Shown: positions 40,044 to 50,744, numbered from the stretch's first letter. The stretch: 57,277 nucleotides of DNA from Oligoflexia bacterium (GCA_903881565.1 CAIRTR010000045.1:1-57277); one strand, 5' to 3'. The notes: generated by a model from the sequence alone, not told the origin. Numbers and translations are program-made.

Positions 40044-40805
40044 CTACCGCCCCGCCTGCGCCCGCTTCACGCCCAGCCACGCAACGACGAAGATCGAACC
40101 CTCGTAAAGCGCCCAAAGCGGAATTCCTAAGATCAACATCGAGATCACATCCGGTGGCGCAAAAACTGCGGAGACCACCGTGATACCAATGATCGCATTC
40201 TTGCGTTGCGCACGTAACATCGGCGCATCGACCAAACCCAAAAAACCCAGCAGCGTAATAAACACTGGCAACTCAAACGCCAATCCGAACAGCAGCAACA
40301 AGCGCAAGCAAACCGTATAATACGAATCAATCGTCAGCATCGGCACATCAGTCGGCGCCCCGTAACTGATAAAATATTTAAACCCTACCGGAAACAGCAC
40401 GTAGTACGCAAAGGCGGCCCCCCCGCAAAAAAACGCGCTCGCGGCCAAAATAAACGGAAACGCATATTTGCGTTCGCGCTGATGAAGCCCCGGAGAAACA
40501 AACCCCCAGATTTCGTAAAAGAAGTAAGGCGAAAAAACGAAAACAGCCGCGTAGCCTGCGATCTTCAAATGGGTCAGGAAATTCTCAAATAAACTCGTAA
40601 AGTACAACATCCGCCGCTCTGGTGGCAACGCGTCAAATAAGGGCTTGCGCAAGAACCCCAAAATGGGCTCCGCGACAAAATAACAGCCGATAAACCCGAA
40701 AAAGAACACAAACACAGCGCGCGTGATGCGGACCCGCAGCTCATCAACATGCTCCAGAAAACTCATATTGCGGATTTCTTCTTGACCTGATCCTAGTTGA
40801 GACAT
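40044..40805 (-). CDS. tatC: Twin-arginine translocase subunit TatC
   Basis: MSFLEHVDELRVR, WGFVSPGL, FAYYVLFP, FGLAFELP, PPDVISM, LYE. Confidence 0.95.
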   Translation of the reverse strand: MSQLGSGQEEIRNMSFLEHVDELRVRITRAVFVFFFGFIGCYFVAEPILGFLRKPLFDALPPERRMLYFTSLFENFLTHLKIAGYAAVFVFSPYFFYEIWGFVSPGLHQRERKYAFPFILAASAFFCGGAAFAYYVLFPVGFKYFISYGAPTDVPMLTIDSYYTVCLRLLLLFGLAFELPVFITLLGFLGLVDAPMLRAQRKNAIIGITVVSAVFAPPDVISMLILGIPLWALYEGSIFVVAWLGVKRAQAGR

Positions 40806-40852
40806 AACTCTTGAGGGGTACTATTCGCTTTGAACCAAGGAGTTGTCAACTT

Positions 40853-41542
40853 ATGCGTAGCTCTAAGCTTCCATTGTATTTGGTCGGAATTCTCGCGGTC
40901 GCCATCGCAGGCGGCCTCATCTATGTCCAATCCAAAAAGGCGGACTTCGTACCGCCCCCAGTAACATCCGCACCTGTTGCCACTCCTTCACTAACCGCTC
41001 CCGCACCCGAGGCTTCCCCCATGGTCACCACTCCTCAAAATCCATCAAACCCAACCGTCTCTGCTTCTGGCGCTCCTGCCGGCGCACCTGATTTAAGCGT
41101 TGATGCCAACGGCCTTTCAAAAACCACCGTCGTCATCCAAACCAATCAGGGTGTAATCAAATACAAATTTTATCCCCAAGAAGCGCCCAACACCGTCAAC
41201 CGGATGATCGAGCTCATCAAGCAAGGTTTCTACAACGGGCTCACCTTCCACCGCGTTGTTCCTAAATTCGTCATTCAAGGGGGCGATCCTGCCGGCAACG
41301 GCACGGGTGGCAGCGGCCAAAAGATGAAAGCCGAATTCAACAAGCGCCCTCATGTCGAAGGCACCGTCGCGATGGCGCGCGCGCAGGATCCAGATTCAGC
41401 TGATGCGCAGTTCTACATCGCGCTCGAGCGCATTCCGCACCTCGACGGGAGTTACACCGTTTTTGGTCAGGTCATTGAAGGAATGGATGTCGTCAAAAAG
41501 ATTCAGATCGGCGACAAAATGACTTCAGTCACTGTACAATAA
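40853..41542 (+). CDS. Membrane-anchored cyclophilin-type peptidylprolyl isomerase
   Basis: N-terminal TM segment and Pro/Ala linker; FHRVV, FVIQGGDP, AMAR, HLDGSYTVFG; AAGGAG SD before ATG 40853. Confidence 0.92.
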   Translation: MRSSKLPLYLVGILAVAIAGGLIYVQSKKADFVPPPVTSAPVATPSLTAPAPEASPMVTTPQNPSNPTVSASGAPAGAPDLSVDANGLSKTTVVIQTNQGVIKYKFYPQEAPNTVNRMIELIKQGFYNGLTFHRVVPKFVIQGGDPAGNGTGGSGQKMKAEFNKRPHVEGTVAMARAQDPDSADAQFYIALERIPHLDGSYTVFGQVIEGMDVVKKIQIGDKMTSVTVQ

Positions 41543-41557
41543 CGCTGATTCGCGCGC

Positions 41558-42181
41558 CTACTGCAAACTCCGCTTGATCGTCGTCGGATTCGTTAAAATC
41601 CCCGCTTCCTGAAGCGTCTTTGCAGCGCGATCACTTTTCGTGCGCACCCAAAGATCATAGATTCGCAACAAATCCTTTTCGGTCTTTGCCGCTGTTTTGC
41701 AGCTCATGTCCGCAAACACCTCGACGAAATCTGAGAACTTGTCGGCCAGCTCCAGGTAGGTGGAACGCAAAGAGCGCTCCTCTTCTCTAGCTGCCACATG
41801 CTTGTAGGCCGTACCACCCATCCCGACATAATAATCGAGATCCACAAGCTTGCGGCTCAAGCGCTCGTGAAAAAATCCTGCAAAATAGAGTGACACATCC
41901 CCTACATAACGAAACATCGCCCGCTGCGCCGTTGGCTCGGGCGTATCCAAAGCCTCTTTCATCAGCAACACCAGGGCTTCTTCTTTATGCCCACCCTCGG
42001 AGTCGGTGGCATAAAGTCGGTCGGTGGTCATAAACTGGTTAAGCAGATTTACGAGGTAAAATTCGGTTTCAGGGGCCGCGACTACGTTTTGCCGCCCCAT
42101 GGACTCAGTGACTAATTCCCTGAAATACTCTTGTGGTTGCGTGACCAGGGTCAACCCCGCCTTTTTGCTGTTGTCCGTCAA
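41558..42181 (-). CDS. Conserved hypothetical protein
   Basis: 207-aa ORF with conserved-looking YLVNLL, GDVSLYFAGFF, YYVGMGGTAY motifs; function unknown. Confidence 0.75.
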   Translation of the reverse strand: MTDNSKKAGLTLVTQPQEYFRELVTESMGRQNVVAAPETEFYLVNLLNQFMTTDRLYATDSEGGHKEEALVLLMKEALDTPEPTAQRAMFRYVGDVSLYFAGFFHERLSRKLVDLDYYVGMGGTAYKHVAAREEERSLRSTYLELADKFSDFVEVFADMSCKTAAKTEKDLLRIYDLWVRTKSDRAAKTLQEAGILTNPTTIKRSLQ

Positions 42182-42365
42182 TGGTACAGGCCCTCCCTAC
42201 CCTCTATGTTAGACCTCCTGTATCAAGAGTCAAATTAAACGTTCTTGCTTTGCGTCAAAAAGGACACACCTTAGGGTGCGTCCGCCCACCCCCGGGTTAA
42301 ATCCTTATCAGACATGAAATTTGAGTTTTTCAGTTCTAAATAAATGAAGTAAAACTATAGTCGTA

Positions 42366-42986
42366 ATGAGAATGACGAAATTCGCCCTCGCATTTTTCCT
42401 CATGCCCTTTTTTGCGCCCGAGCTGTGCATGGCCGCACCCACCACTCCGCGCGCTGAAGTTAGAGTCACACTCTTTGATCAGCCCTGCATCCTTCGTGGC
42501 GCTGTAAACGAAGCAGTCTTGAAGATTATTCACACCATCAGTCCGGAACAAATTTATCCCACAACCATTCTTGCACAAAGTCCTAGCGAAGCTGCTGATG
42601 GCCTTCGCAAATCTTTGGATAAACTTAAGAAAACTCCGTCCACTCCTACGCAGCTCGATCGCTACCGGGATCGCCTCACCAGACGATTTACGGCACAGCT
42701 CTCCTTTTTTGAGGGACTCCTGACGCTTAAGCAAACAGGGCAACCCGATGCGCTTCTGGAAAAAGGAAAACGGATCTTACCCGAAAAAAAATTCAAGGAT
42801 TTCGAAACACAAGTCAAGAAAAAGGCTGCGGCCGGCAAAGCGGGACCGGAGAACTTTGAGCCGATATTGGACCTTTTTAACGAGGCAATTGAAGCGGATC
42901 CAGAAGATGAATTTCACCGCGCTATTCGCATTCTCGATATTCATTATGTGTGCAACTTTGGTGACTCCGAGGACAGCGAAGAGTAG
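42366..42986 (+). CDS. Hypothetical exported protein
   Basis: Signal peptide, helical body, two Cys in the mature part. Confidence 0.65.
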   Translation: MRMTKFALAFFLMPFFAPELCMAAPTTPRAEVRVTLFDQPCILRGAVNEAVLKIIHTISPEQIYPTTILAQSPSEAADGLRKSLDKLKKTPSTPTQLDRYRDRLTRRFTAQLSFFEGLLTLKQTGQPDALLEKGKRILPEKKFKDFETQVKKKAAAGKAGPENFEPILDLFNEAIEADPEDEFHRAIRILDIHYVCNFGDSEDSEE

Positions 42987-42995
42987 AATCGTCTC

Positions 42996-45020
42996 ATGAC
43001 GAACAACCCTTTGTTACAGGTCCCTCAAACCCCTTTTGAAACTTTGCCTTTTGATCAGTTTACGCCGGAGCATTTCATGCCGGCACTTGAAACAAGAATC
43101 AAAGATGCGGAAACTGCTTTTTCGAAACTCTGCGCTTCAAAAGAGTCGCCCACATTTTCAAACTCATGCGAAGTTCTCGAAACGACGCTCGCAGCCGTTG
43201 AGCAGATCGGACTCGTTTTACATAACCTCTTATCCGCCGAGACCAGCGAAAAACTTCAGGCCGTTGCCAAAGAATTTGTGCCGCTCGCGACTCGTTTCTC
43301 AAATGACGTTTATCTGAACGCAGAGCTCTTCGCGCGCATCAAATCCGTATATGAGCAAAGAGCGACCCTGACCTTGACCCCGGAACAGCATGCGCTCCTC
43401 GAAGAACAAGCGCTTACCTTTATTCGTAACGGGGCACTCCTTGGCCTACCTGATAAAGAAAAACTCCGCGGCATTGATGAAAAGCTTTCAAAGCTGGGCC
43501 TAGAATTCAGTGACAATCTCTTAGCCGAGACCAACGAATATTTTCACCACACCACAAAAGCTGAAGAAGTCGTGGGCCTTCCGGAGGCTTCACTCAATGC
43601 AGCCTCCGCCGCGGCTAAAGAAAGAGGTTTCACAGAAGGTTGGGCCTTTACCCTTCATGCGCCAAGCTTCGTCCCTGTTCTTGAATATGGCGAGAGTCGC
43701 AAGTTGCGCGAAACGCTTTGGAGAGCCTACCAAGCTCGCTGTTTCGGAGCAAGTCGACACAGCAACGAGACAAATACGCTGGAGATCGCCCGACTCCGGC
43801 ATGAGCGCGCATTGCTCCTGGGATTCACCTCCCACGCTGACTTCACGCTCAAACGCCGCATGGCCGAATCGCCCGATAAGGTCTTTGCGCTGCTCAATCA
43901 ACTGCTGACCCATGCAAAGCCCGCCGCGCTCAAAGAAACCGAGGAACTCAAAGCTGCCGCACTCAAAGACGGAATCAGCGAATTCAAACGCTGGGACGCG
44001 GGATTCTACTACAATCGGATCAAAAAACAGCGCTACAGCATCGACACCGAAACACTCAGGCCTTACTTCCCCTTAGATCGCGTTCAGCAGGGGGCTTTTG
44101 AAACGGCTTCCCGCCTTTATGGAATCCAGTTCCGTCCCGCTCCCGGCGTTCCCGTCTACCACCCGGACGTGAAGCCTTTTGAAGTGCTCGATAAAGACGG
44201 CATTCATCTCGCGGTTCTCTATACCGATTTTCACCCCCGCAAAGGCAAGCGCGGCGGCGCATGGATGACAAACTATCGACTTCAGCATGGAAAGGTGCGC
44301 CCGCATGTTTCCATTGTGATGAATTTCACACCTCCCACTTCTGATAAACCTTCGCTGCTTTCGTTTGATGAAGTTCGCACCTTGTTTCACGAATTCGGAC
44401 ACGCCCTGCACGGAATGTTTTCTAATGTCACCTACTCGTCTCTTGCGAGCCCCAATACGTTTTGGGATTTTGTGGAGCTGCCCTCCCAAATCATGGAGGA
44501 TTGGATTTTTGAAAAAGAATGTCTGGATCTCTTTGCTTGCCACTACAAGACCGGGGAAAAAATCCCGCTCGAAATGGTTCAAAAAATCAAAGAGGCCGCA
44601 CGCTATTACGAAGGTTGCACCACCCTCCGGCAGCTCTCCTTTGGACTTCTCGATATGGCCTGGCACTCAAAGGATCCCTCCGGCATTCAGAACATTGTCG
44701 AATTTGAACGAGCCGCCATAAAGGAAACCGAGCTCCACCCCTTTGAGTCTGGGACCAACTCCAGCTGCGCTTTTAGCCATATTTTCTCAGGCGGATACTC
44801 CTCTGGCTATTACAGCTACAAATGGGCCGAAGTGCTGGAAGCCGATGCTTTTGAGCTTTTTAAGGAAAAAGGGGTCTTCAACCGCGAGATCGCCTCAAAA
44901 TTTCGCAGCGAAATCCTCTCCCGTGGCGGCTCCGAGCATCCCATGAAACTCTATGTGCGTTTCCGGGGGCGGGAACCCTCCATTGAGCCGCTCTTGAGAA
45001 AAGCCGGGCTAAAAGTTTAA
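42996..45020 (+). CDS. M3A family metallopeptidase (Dcp/oligopeptidase A-like)
   Basis: NNPLL, KRGGAWM, TLFHEFGHALH, WDFVELPSQ, FSHIFSGGYSSGYYSYKWAE, FRGREP. Confidence 0.95.
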   Translation: MTNNPLLQVPQTPFETLPFDQFTPEHFMPALETRIKDAETAFSKLCASKESPTFSNSCEVLETTLAAVEQIGLVLHNLLSAETSEKLQAVAKEFVPLATRFSNDVYLNAELFARIKSVYEQRATLTLTPEQHALLEEQALTFIRNGALLGLPDKEKLRGIDEKLSKLGLEFSDNLLAETNEYFHHTTKAEEVVGLPEASLNAASAAAKERGFTEGWAFTLHAPSFVPVLEYGESRKLRETLWRAYQARCFGASRHSNETNTLEIARLRHERALLLGFTSHADFTLKRRMAESPDKVFALLNQLLTHAKPAALKETEELKAAALKDGISEFKRWDAGFYYNRIKKQRYSIDTETLRPYFPLDRVQQGAFETASRLYGIQFRPAPGVPVYHPDVKPFEVLDKDGIHLAVLYTDFHPRKGKRGGAWMTNYRLQHGKVRPHVSIVMNFTPPTSDKPSLLSFDEVRTLFHEFGHALHGMFSNVTYSSLASPNTFWDFVELPSQIMEDWIFEKECLDLFACHYKTGEKIPLEMVQKIKEAARYYEGCTTLRQLSFGLLDMAWHSKDPSGIQNIVEFERAAIKETELHPFESGTNSSCAFSHIFSGGYSSGYYSYKWAEVLEADAFELFKEKGVFNREIASKFRSEILSRGGSEHPMKLYVRFRGREPSIEPLLRKAGLKV

Positions 45021-45099
45021 CGATTAAAGTTAGTTGCGTGGCGTTATTTCTTGAGTGTTTGGCCGCCGTGCGGTATCCAAGGCACACGGGAGAACATCA

Positions 45100-46050
45100 A
45101 TGCGCCTCAGAGAATGGGTTATCTTATCCGGAAACTCAAATCGCCCCCTCGCTCAGAAAATTTGCGAAAAATTGGGGCGTCCTTTAGGCAAAGTTGAACT
45201 TCGTCGATTCAGCGACGGAGAGATCTTCGTCGAAATCGGAGAGAACGTTCGCGGGCGCGACGCCTTCGTCATTCAAAGTACCTGCCGCCCCGTCAACGAC
45301 ACGCTCATGGAACTCCTGATCATGATCGACGCCCTGAAGAGGGCAAGCGCAAAAGAGATCACAGCTGTGATCCCCTACTACGGCTATGGCAGACAGGATC
45401 GCAAAGTTGCCCCACGGACTCCCATCAGTGCGAAACTTGTGGCCGATCTTCTGGATCGAGCTGGCGCAACACGTGTGGTTTCCATGGACCTGCATGCCGG
45501 TCAGATTCAGGGCTTTTTCAATATTCCGTTTGATAATCTTTTCGCCTCTCCTGTGCTCCTCGACTTCATCAACCGCGAAGTCGGCCAGGGTGAAGGCATT
45601 GTCATGGTGAGCCCCGATGCCGGTGGCGTTGAGCGCGCGCGCGCCATTGCCAAGCGAATCAACGCCAGTGTCGCCATGATCGACAAACGAAGAACCGCCC
45701 CTAACGTCGCCAAAGCGATGAATGTTATCGGCGAAGTTAGAGGCAAAATCGCGGTTATTTTGGATGACATGATCGATACCGCAGGGACGCTAGTTGAGGC
45801 TTCCAACGCGGTTCTCGGCCAGGGCGCTCTCAAGGTTTTCGCCGCCGCGACCCACCCTGTGCTTTCGGGGCCAGCGTTGAAGCGAATCAATGAATCACAG
45901 ATTGAGCGAGTCATTGTCACCGATACCATTCCCTTGACCCCTGAAGCCGTAGCCTCCGGGAAAATCGTGCAACTCTCGGTCGCTGATTTGTTGGCTGAAG
46001 CCATTCGGCGCATTCACAACTACGACAGCGTGAGCAACCTGTTCGTCTAA
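45100..46050 (+). CDS. prs: Ribose-phosphate pyrophosphokinase
   Basis: [38 protein letters not shown]. Start reassigned to ATG 45100. Confidence 0.97.
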   Translation: MRLREWVILSGNSNRPLAQKICEKLGRPLGKVELRRFSDGEIFVEIGENVRGRDAFVIQSTCRPVNDTLMELLIMIDALKRASAKEITAVIPYYGYGRQDRKVAPRTPISAKLVADLLDRAGATRVVSMDLHAGQIQGFFNIPFDNLFASPVLLDFINREVGQGEGIVMVSPDAGGVERARAIAKRINASVAMIDKRRTAPNVAKAMNVIGEVRGKIAVILDDMIDTAGTLVEASNAVLGQGALKVFAAATHPVLSGPALKRINESQIERVIVTDTIPLTPEAVASGKIVQLSVADLLAEAIRRIHNYDSVSNLFV

Positions 46051-46679
46051 TGAAAGTCATTGCAGGACTTGGCAATCCCGGAGCTCAGTACGAGACTACC
46101 CGTCATAACGTGGGTTTTCTGGCCGTGGATCATCTTGTAGAGCATTGGCACGCGCAGGGACCTCAAACCAGTTTTTCTGCTGAAGTTTATCAAACGCAGA
46201 TCGCAGGAGAGAAGGTTCTCCTCGTCAAACCTCAAACTTTCATGAACCGATCCGGACAAAGCATCGCACCGCTTTTAAACTTCTACAAATGCGAGCCCGA
46301 AGATCTGATTGTCCTTCATGATGATGTGGACCTCGAACCCCACGCTCTTCGCATCAAGCAAGGTGGGGGCCACGGGGGCCACAACGGACTGCGCTCCATC
46401 GATGCTTCGGTGGGTGGAGAAAAAACAAATTACTTCCGCATTCGCCTGGGTGTGGGTCGACCTAACTTCCCAGGCTCCAGAGGCGGAGCCGTGGCTGATC
46501 ACGTGCTCGCGCCTTTTGAGGACGAAGAGCTACGCGATCTCGAACCCCTTTTTGATGACGTTTGCAAAGCCTGCGAACTGCTCATGCAAGGCGATCTAAA
46601 AGCAGCTCAGAACAAATTTAATCGTAAGCCAAAACCAGAAAAGTCACCAGAAAGTCAACCAAAGAGTCCAAAGGAGTAA
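46050..46679 (+). CDS. pth: Peptidyl-tRNA hydrolase
   Basis: GLGNPG, TRHNVGF, KPQTFMN, HDD, GHNGLRS. Confidence 0.97.
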   Translation: MKVIAGLGNPGAQYETTRHNVGFLAVDHLVEHWHAQGPQTSFSAEVYQTQIAGEKVLLVKPQTFMNRSGQSIAPLLNFYKCEPEDLIVLHDDVDLEPHALRIKQGGGHGGHNGLRSIDASVGGEKTNYFRIRLGVGRPNFPGSRGGAVADHVLAPFEDEELRDLEPLFDDVCKACELLMQGDLKAAQNKFNRKPKPEKSPESQPKSPKE

Positions 46680-46684
46680 TTCAT

Positions 46685-47785
46685 ATGGGTTTTCAATGTG
46701 GTATTGTCGGTCTTCCTAACGTCGGTAAATCAACCATTTTCAACGCACTCACTTCTGCGAAAGCTGAAGCCGCGAATTATCCGTTTTGCACGATCGATCC
46801 CAACACGGGCATCGTCAAAGTGCCTGATCCGCGCTTAAATGATATTAAAAAATACATCCCGCCTGAAAAGCTGATTCCTGCAAGCATGGTTTTCGTCGAC
46901 ATCGCAGGCCTGGTTAAGGGCGCTTCCAAAGGAGAAGGTCTGGGGAATCAATTCTTGGGTCACATTCGTGAAACCAATGCCATTGCCCACGTCGTGCGTT
47001 GCTTCGCAGATCCGAACGTCATTCACGTGGATGGAAGCGTGGATCCGCTCCGCGATATTTCCGTGATCGATATGGAGCTTATTTTTGCCGACCTCGACAC
47101 CGTCATCAAACGCTACAATGCCACCCAAAAAGCGGCGCGCACGGGCGATAAAAAAGCCGCGGCTGTCATGGGGGTTTTAGAGCCAGTAAGGAACGCGCTT
47201 GAAGCCGGAAAACCCGTACGCTCTTTGAATCTGACAGAAGATCAACACGAATTGATTCACGACTTTCACCTGATCACCGCCAAGAAGGTCATGTATGTGG
47301 CCAACATCGACGATTCCGATGTCACCAATCCGGATGCCAACCCCCATTTTCATAAACTCATTGAATATGCCAAAAAAGAAGGCAGCCCCGTCGTCCCTAT
47401 CTGCGGAAAAATCGAAAGCGAGATTTCTGAACTTGCAGAAGAGGAAAAAGGCGCGTTTCTAAAAGAGATGGGCATGAGCGAAGCCGGCCTCAATCGCGTT
47501 ATTCGTGAGGGCTATGAACTTCTGGGTCTTCAGACTTATTTTACCGCCGGCGTGCAGGAAATTCGCGCCTGGACGATCAAAAAAGGCTGGAAGGCCCCCG
47601 CAGCAGCGGGGGTGATTCACACCGATTTTGAGCGTGGATTTATCAAAGCCGAAGTCTACCACTATAATGATTTGATGAAGCACAAGAGCGAAGCGGCGAT
47701 CCGCGATGCCGGCGCATTGCGCGTCGAAGGCAAAGAGTATGTCGTCAAAGATGGCGACATCATGCACTTTCGCTTTAACGTTTGA
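46685..47785 (+). CDS. ychF: Obg-family ATPase YchF
   Basis: GLPNVGKST, NYPFCTIDPN, DIAGLV, IHTDFERGFI, FRFNV. Confidence 0.98.
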   Translation: MGFQCGIVGLPNVGKSTIFNALTSAKAEAANYPFCTIDPNTGIVKVPDPRLNDIKKYIPPEKLIPASMVFVDIAGLVKGASKGEGLGNQFLGHIRETNAIAHVVRCFADPNVIHVDGSVDPLRDISVIDMELIFADLDTVIKRYNATQKAARTGDKKAAAVMGVLEPVRNALEAGKPVRSLNLTEDQHELIHDFHLITAKKVMYVANIDDSDVTNPDANPHFHKLIEYAKKEGSPVVPICGKIESEISELAEEEKGAFLKEMGMSEAGLNRVIREGYELLGLQTYFTAGVQEIRAWTIKKGWKAPAAAGVIHTDFERGFIKAEVYHYNDLMKHKSEAAIRDAGALRVEGKEYVVKDGDIMHFRFNV

Positions 47786-49732
47786 TCAGTCTTCGCCCGA
47801 TTCTCTAGGCGCTTCTTTTGCGGGCTCTTGCCCCTTTGGAACATAAGGCACCCAAAAATAATCCAAGGATTTTGGCACTTCCCGCTTAAGAGCTTTAGCG
47901 TACCAAAAATAGTTTCGAATAATCGAAGAGACGTAATCGCGGGTTTCTTTATAGGGAATCGTTTCGATAAACTCCGAAATCCCATTCTTCGAAGAACTAG
48001 CTTTGATCCAGCGCTCGGCGGCGGTTGGACCTGCGTTATAACCCGCAAGGGCCAGTACGATATTTCCGTTAAATCGATCCAAGACCTTTTTCAAATAGCG
48101 TGCACCAATTCGAACACTGGTTTCGGGATCCACTAAATCAGCCCGACGAACCGTGGGCTCCGTTTCAACCGCTGTAAAGGGCATGAGTTGCATCAAGCCT
48201 GAAGCTCCCGACCCCGACGTGGCGGTAGGCTCAAAGGCCGACTCTTGTTTAATTAAACTCAGGACAAGCACAGGATCAATGTTAATCGCTGCGGCTTGTT
48301 TCTCGATGATATCGAAAAAGGCGACCGGGAAAATCATTTTGACCACCGAAGCCGTATAAACAGACTCATAGCCCCGTTGAATGAGTTCGGTCAAAATTTG
48401 AAAAGACGTGTGGTAAGCATGGGCCTCATAGTTGAGAAGAGAGAGATAAAGCAGGAACTCGTTGGAAAGTGAATTCGAAATCCTAAAATCTTTAAGCTCG
48501 GTAGCCGCGAGCTCAGGCGCCTTTTCGGCTAAGAACTGCTTGGCTCTCATCAAGTGAAAACTCTCATTCGGATTGAGATAGGGATCGATTTCGACCGCCC
48601 TGGGAACCGTCTGATCTAATGTCGCATCAAAAGGTTTTCCGGCAAGCACTGAAGCGGCGAGACCATAGTAAGTCAAAGGTGAATCTTGCTGAAGCGCGAT
48701 TAAAGCCTTCTCTGACTTTTCGTTCTCTTTTTGGATCCCCAAAATCCGCGCAATCCAATAGCGTGCTCGATAACGATGGGAGGAGCGCGGAAACTCATCC
48801 AGAAACTGCGAGAGCTCTTGGGAGGCCTTCTTGTTCTTTTCTTCGAGCACAAGTTCCATCGCCGAATTAAATGCAACCTGATCAAGATCGGGTGCTTTAT
48901 AGCTTTGAGTTATCTTAGAAACTGAAGCAGGCTTCGGCCGTTCGAAGGCCTCGGGACGCGATTTTGCGAGGTACTTGGCTTCTTCGGAGGCTTTGGCATG
49001 AGCTGAATAAAGCTTTTGGGCCCATCCCGCACAAAATTCACCCTCCGCCTTTTGGCAGCTACCCATATACTGCTCCAGACTCTCTTTTCTGACTCCACTC
49101 AATCCTGTGTTTGAGCCCAGGCGCTGAAAAGCCGTCTCAAATAGTGCGCGCGCCTCCGCATACTTTTTTCCAAAAAACAACGCTTCGCTCTTTAGAAGTT
49201 CCGCCTGAGCCACTTCTTTGCTTACGTTTTTGCCATAGGGCGAACCAGGCACCTGCGTTTCGATTTGAAACAGTTTCAGAATCGCTCGTTGCGCCAGCTT
49301 AGAAGAAGCCGCGAATTTGCGCGTTTGAGCCCCCTGTCTGGCTTCCAAGAGATCCGTTTGCGCTGAAAACCAAAGAGCGACATCTCTGAATACCAGATCC
49401 TTTTCGAGTGGCGCAAGCTTGGCCCGAGCCTGCTTATACTTCTTCTTCTGAATCAAGTCATAGGCGCTCTTAATCTGCCGAGCTCTAGGCGACTTATTAA
49501 GACGACTCAAACGCTCGGAGAGCTGATCAAGCGGCATCTGTTCAGTTGAGGGATTGACTTCGACTTTTTTTGCTTCTGCCGTCTTAGCCTTTTTCCTTCG
49601 AATCTTCTTTTGAGCCACACTCGCGGGCGCACGGCTTTCGAATTGAGTCTCCTCCTGAGCCACGCACGGAGCGATCATCATGGTCAATACCAGGGGGAAA
49701 AGGAGGACGAACGATTTAAATGTTTTTTTCAT
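47786..49732 (-). CDS. Soluble lytic transglycosylase (TPR/Slt type)
   Basis: Signal peptide, TPR-like helices, LIKQES, GLMQL, AGYNAG, ETRDYV. Confidence 0.9.
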   Translation of the reverse strand: MKKTFKSFVLLFPLVLTMMIAPCVAQEETQFESRAPASVAQKKIRRKKAKTAEAKKVEVNPSTEQMPLDQLSERLSRLNKSPRARQIKSAYDLIQKKKYKQARAKLAPLEKDLVFRDVALWFSAQTDLLEARQGAQTRKFAASSKLAQRAILKLFQIETQVPGSPYGKNVSKEVAQAELLKSEALFFGKKYAEARALFETAFQRLGSNTGLSGVRKESLEQYMGSCQKAEGEFCAGWAQKLYSAHAKASEEAKYLAKSRPEAFERPKPASVSKITQSYKAPDLDQVAFNSAMELVLEEKNKKASQELSQFLDEFPRSSHRYRARYWIARILGIQKENEKSEKALIALQQDSPLTYYGLAASVLAGKPFDATLDQTVPRAVEIDPYLNPNESFHLMRAKQFLAEKAPELAATELKDFRISNSLSNEFLLYLSLLNYEAHAYHTSFQILTELIQRGYESVYTASVVKMIFPVAFFDIIEKQAAAINIDPVLVLSLIKQESAFEPTATSGSGASGLMQLMPFTAVETEPTVRRADLVDPETSVRIGARYLKKVLDRFNGNIVLALAGYNAGPTAAERWIKASSSKNGISEFIETIPYKETRDYVSSIIRNYFWYAKALKREVPKSLDYFWVPYVPKGQEPAKEAPRESGED

Positions 49733-50145
49733 TTTCTCGGCTTTGTTGAGGTTCTGTTTTTAAGGTCTCTTAAAGTTTTCTCACAAACGCCAAGTTCTTT
49801 CCAACCACAAGGCGCACAAACCCGGTGAAAATCCTCGAGCGTCATTTTAGTGGCGATTTTATCCAATGCCTCACCCCAGCTCAGCTGCTCTCCGCCGCTT
49901 ACCCCAAGGATTTTCGCGTGGTTTGCGTCGAGCGCCAGCACTTTTTCTTCGGTTGCACACCTCAGCCCCTGCCGGTTGGGGCAAGGCTGACAAATCGAGT
50001 CAGCCGTATCAAGGACGATTTCGATGACAGTCTCAGGGGTCAATGAATTCTTGATTTCAAAATAGTTTTTTACGAATTCCGGCGAATACCCTTTGCCTTC
50101 AAAACTCAGGGTGCACAAAAAGTGGTGGGGGCGAAATTTAATCAC
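49729..50145 (-). CDS. DUF1284 family Cys-rich protein
   Basis: RPHHFLC, GKGYS, DSICQPCP, CAPCGW...C. Confidence 0.8.
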   Translation of the reverse strand: MIKFRPHHFLCTLSFEGKGYSPEFVKNYFEIKNSLTPETVIEIVLDTADSICQPCPNRQGLRCATEEKVLALDANHAKILGVSGGEQLSWGEALDKIATKMTLEDFHRVCAPCGWKELGVCEKTLRDLKNRTSTKPRK

Positions 50146-50157
50146 GGCGACCCTAAA

Positions 50158-50715
50158 CTAGTTCAACGACTTCTGAAGCGCTTGCACAAGTACTTCGCAC
50201 TCTAGTTTCAATTCCGGCTTTTCGATTTGTAGCGCCAACTTTGAAAGCTTCTCGGCAGCTTCGGCTACGACTTTGTCTTTGTCTTTTTGCGCCCGTTCTA
50301 AAACGTCCATGGTCATGTTGTACTCGGTCGCTAGATCGTGAAAATGATCCTTTTCCCTGAAAAAGACTCGATCTTTGAGACCCGTGGTGCGTGCTTGACT
50401 CAAAATTTTCTTCATTTTGTAAAGGGGCCCGGCAATGCGATGAGAAACAAAGATGCTGATCAAGAAAGTCATGACCAAAAAGACAAGCTGCAAAAGCACG
50501 AGCAAGACGAGAATCTCTTTTTTGACATCCAAGATCGCGGAGACTGTAGGGCCATCGGGATCGAGCGCCAGGTATCTAAAGAAAAAACCAAAGACGCTAT
50601 GAACGATAAACGGATAAACGAGACTCAGCGCAAAGATCCAGGTGCAGACATAAAAAGCAAACCGGAGCTGGAAGGCTGAGTCGATCAACACCATGCGGCG
50701 ACGTGTAGGTGGCAT
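50158..50715 (-). CDS. Two-TM, HAMP-like domain protein
   Basis: IDSAFQLRF, two TM helices, SHRIAGPLY, R..D.F.DLA..YN. Confidence 0.75.
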   Translation of the reverse strand: MPPTRRRMVLIDSAFQLRFAFYVCTWIFALSLVYPFIVHSVFGFFFRYLALDPDGPTVSAILDVKKEILVLLVLLQLVFLVMTFLISIFVSHRIAGPLYKMKKILSQARTTGLKDRVFFREKDHFHDLATEYNMTMDVLERAQKDKDKVVAEAAEKLSKLALQIEKPELKLECEVLVQALQKSLN

Positions 50716-50744
50716 ACCTCTTCATTGTACTCGGCAGGTGGGCT

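Noticed and set aside
47786-50715. slt, DUF1284 and HAMP-like genes as BMC cargo
   Set aside because: Co-oriented and close, but no encapsulation peptides are visible and two are envelope proteins; more likely unrelated neighbours.
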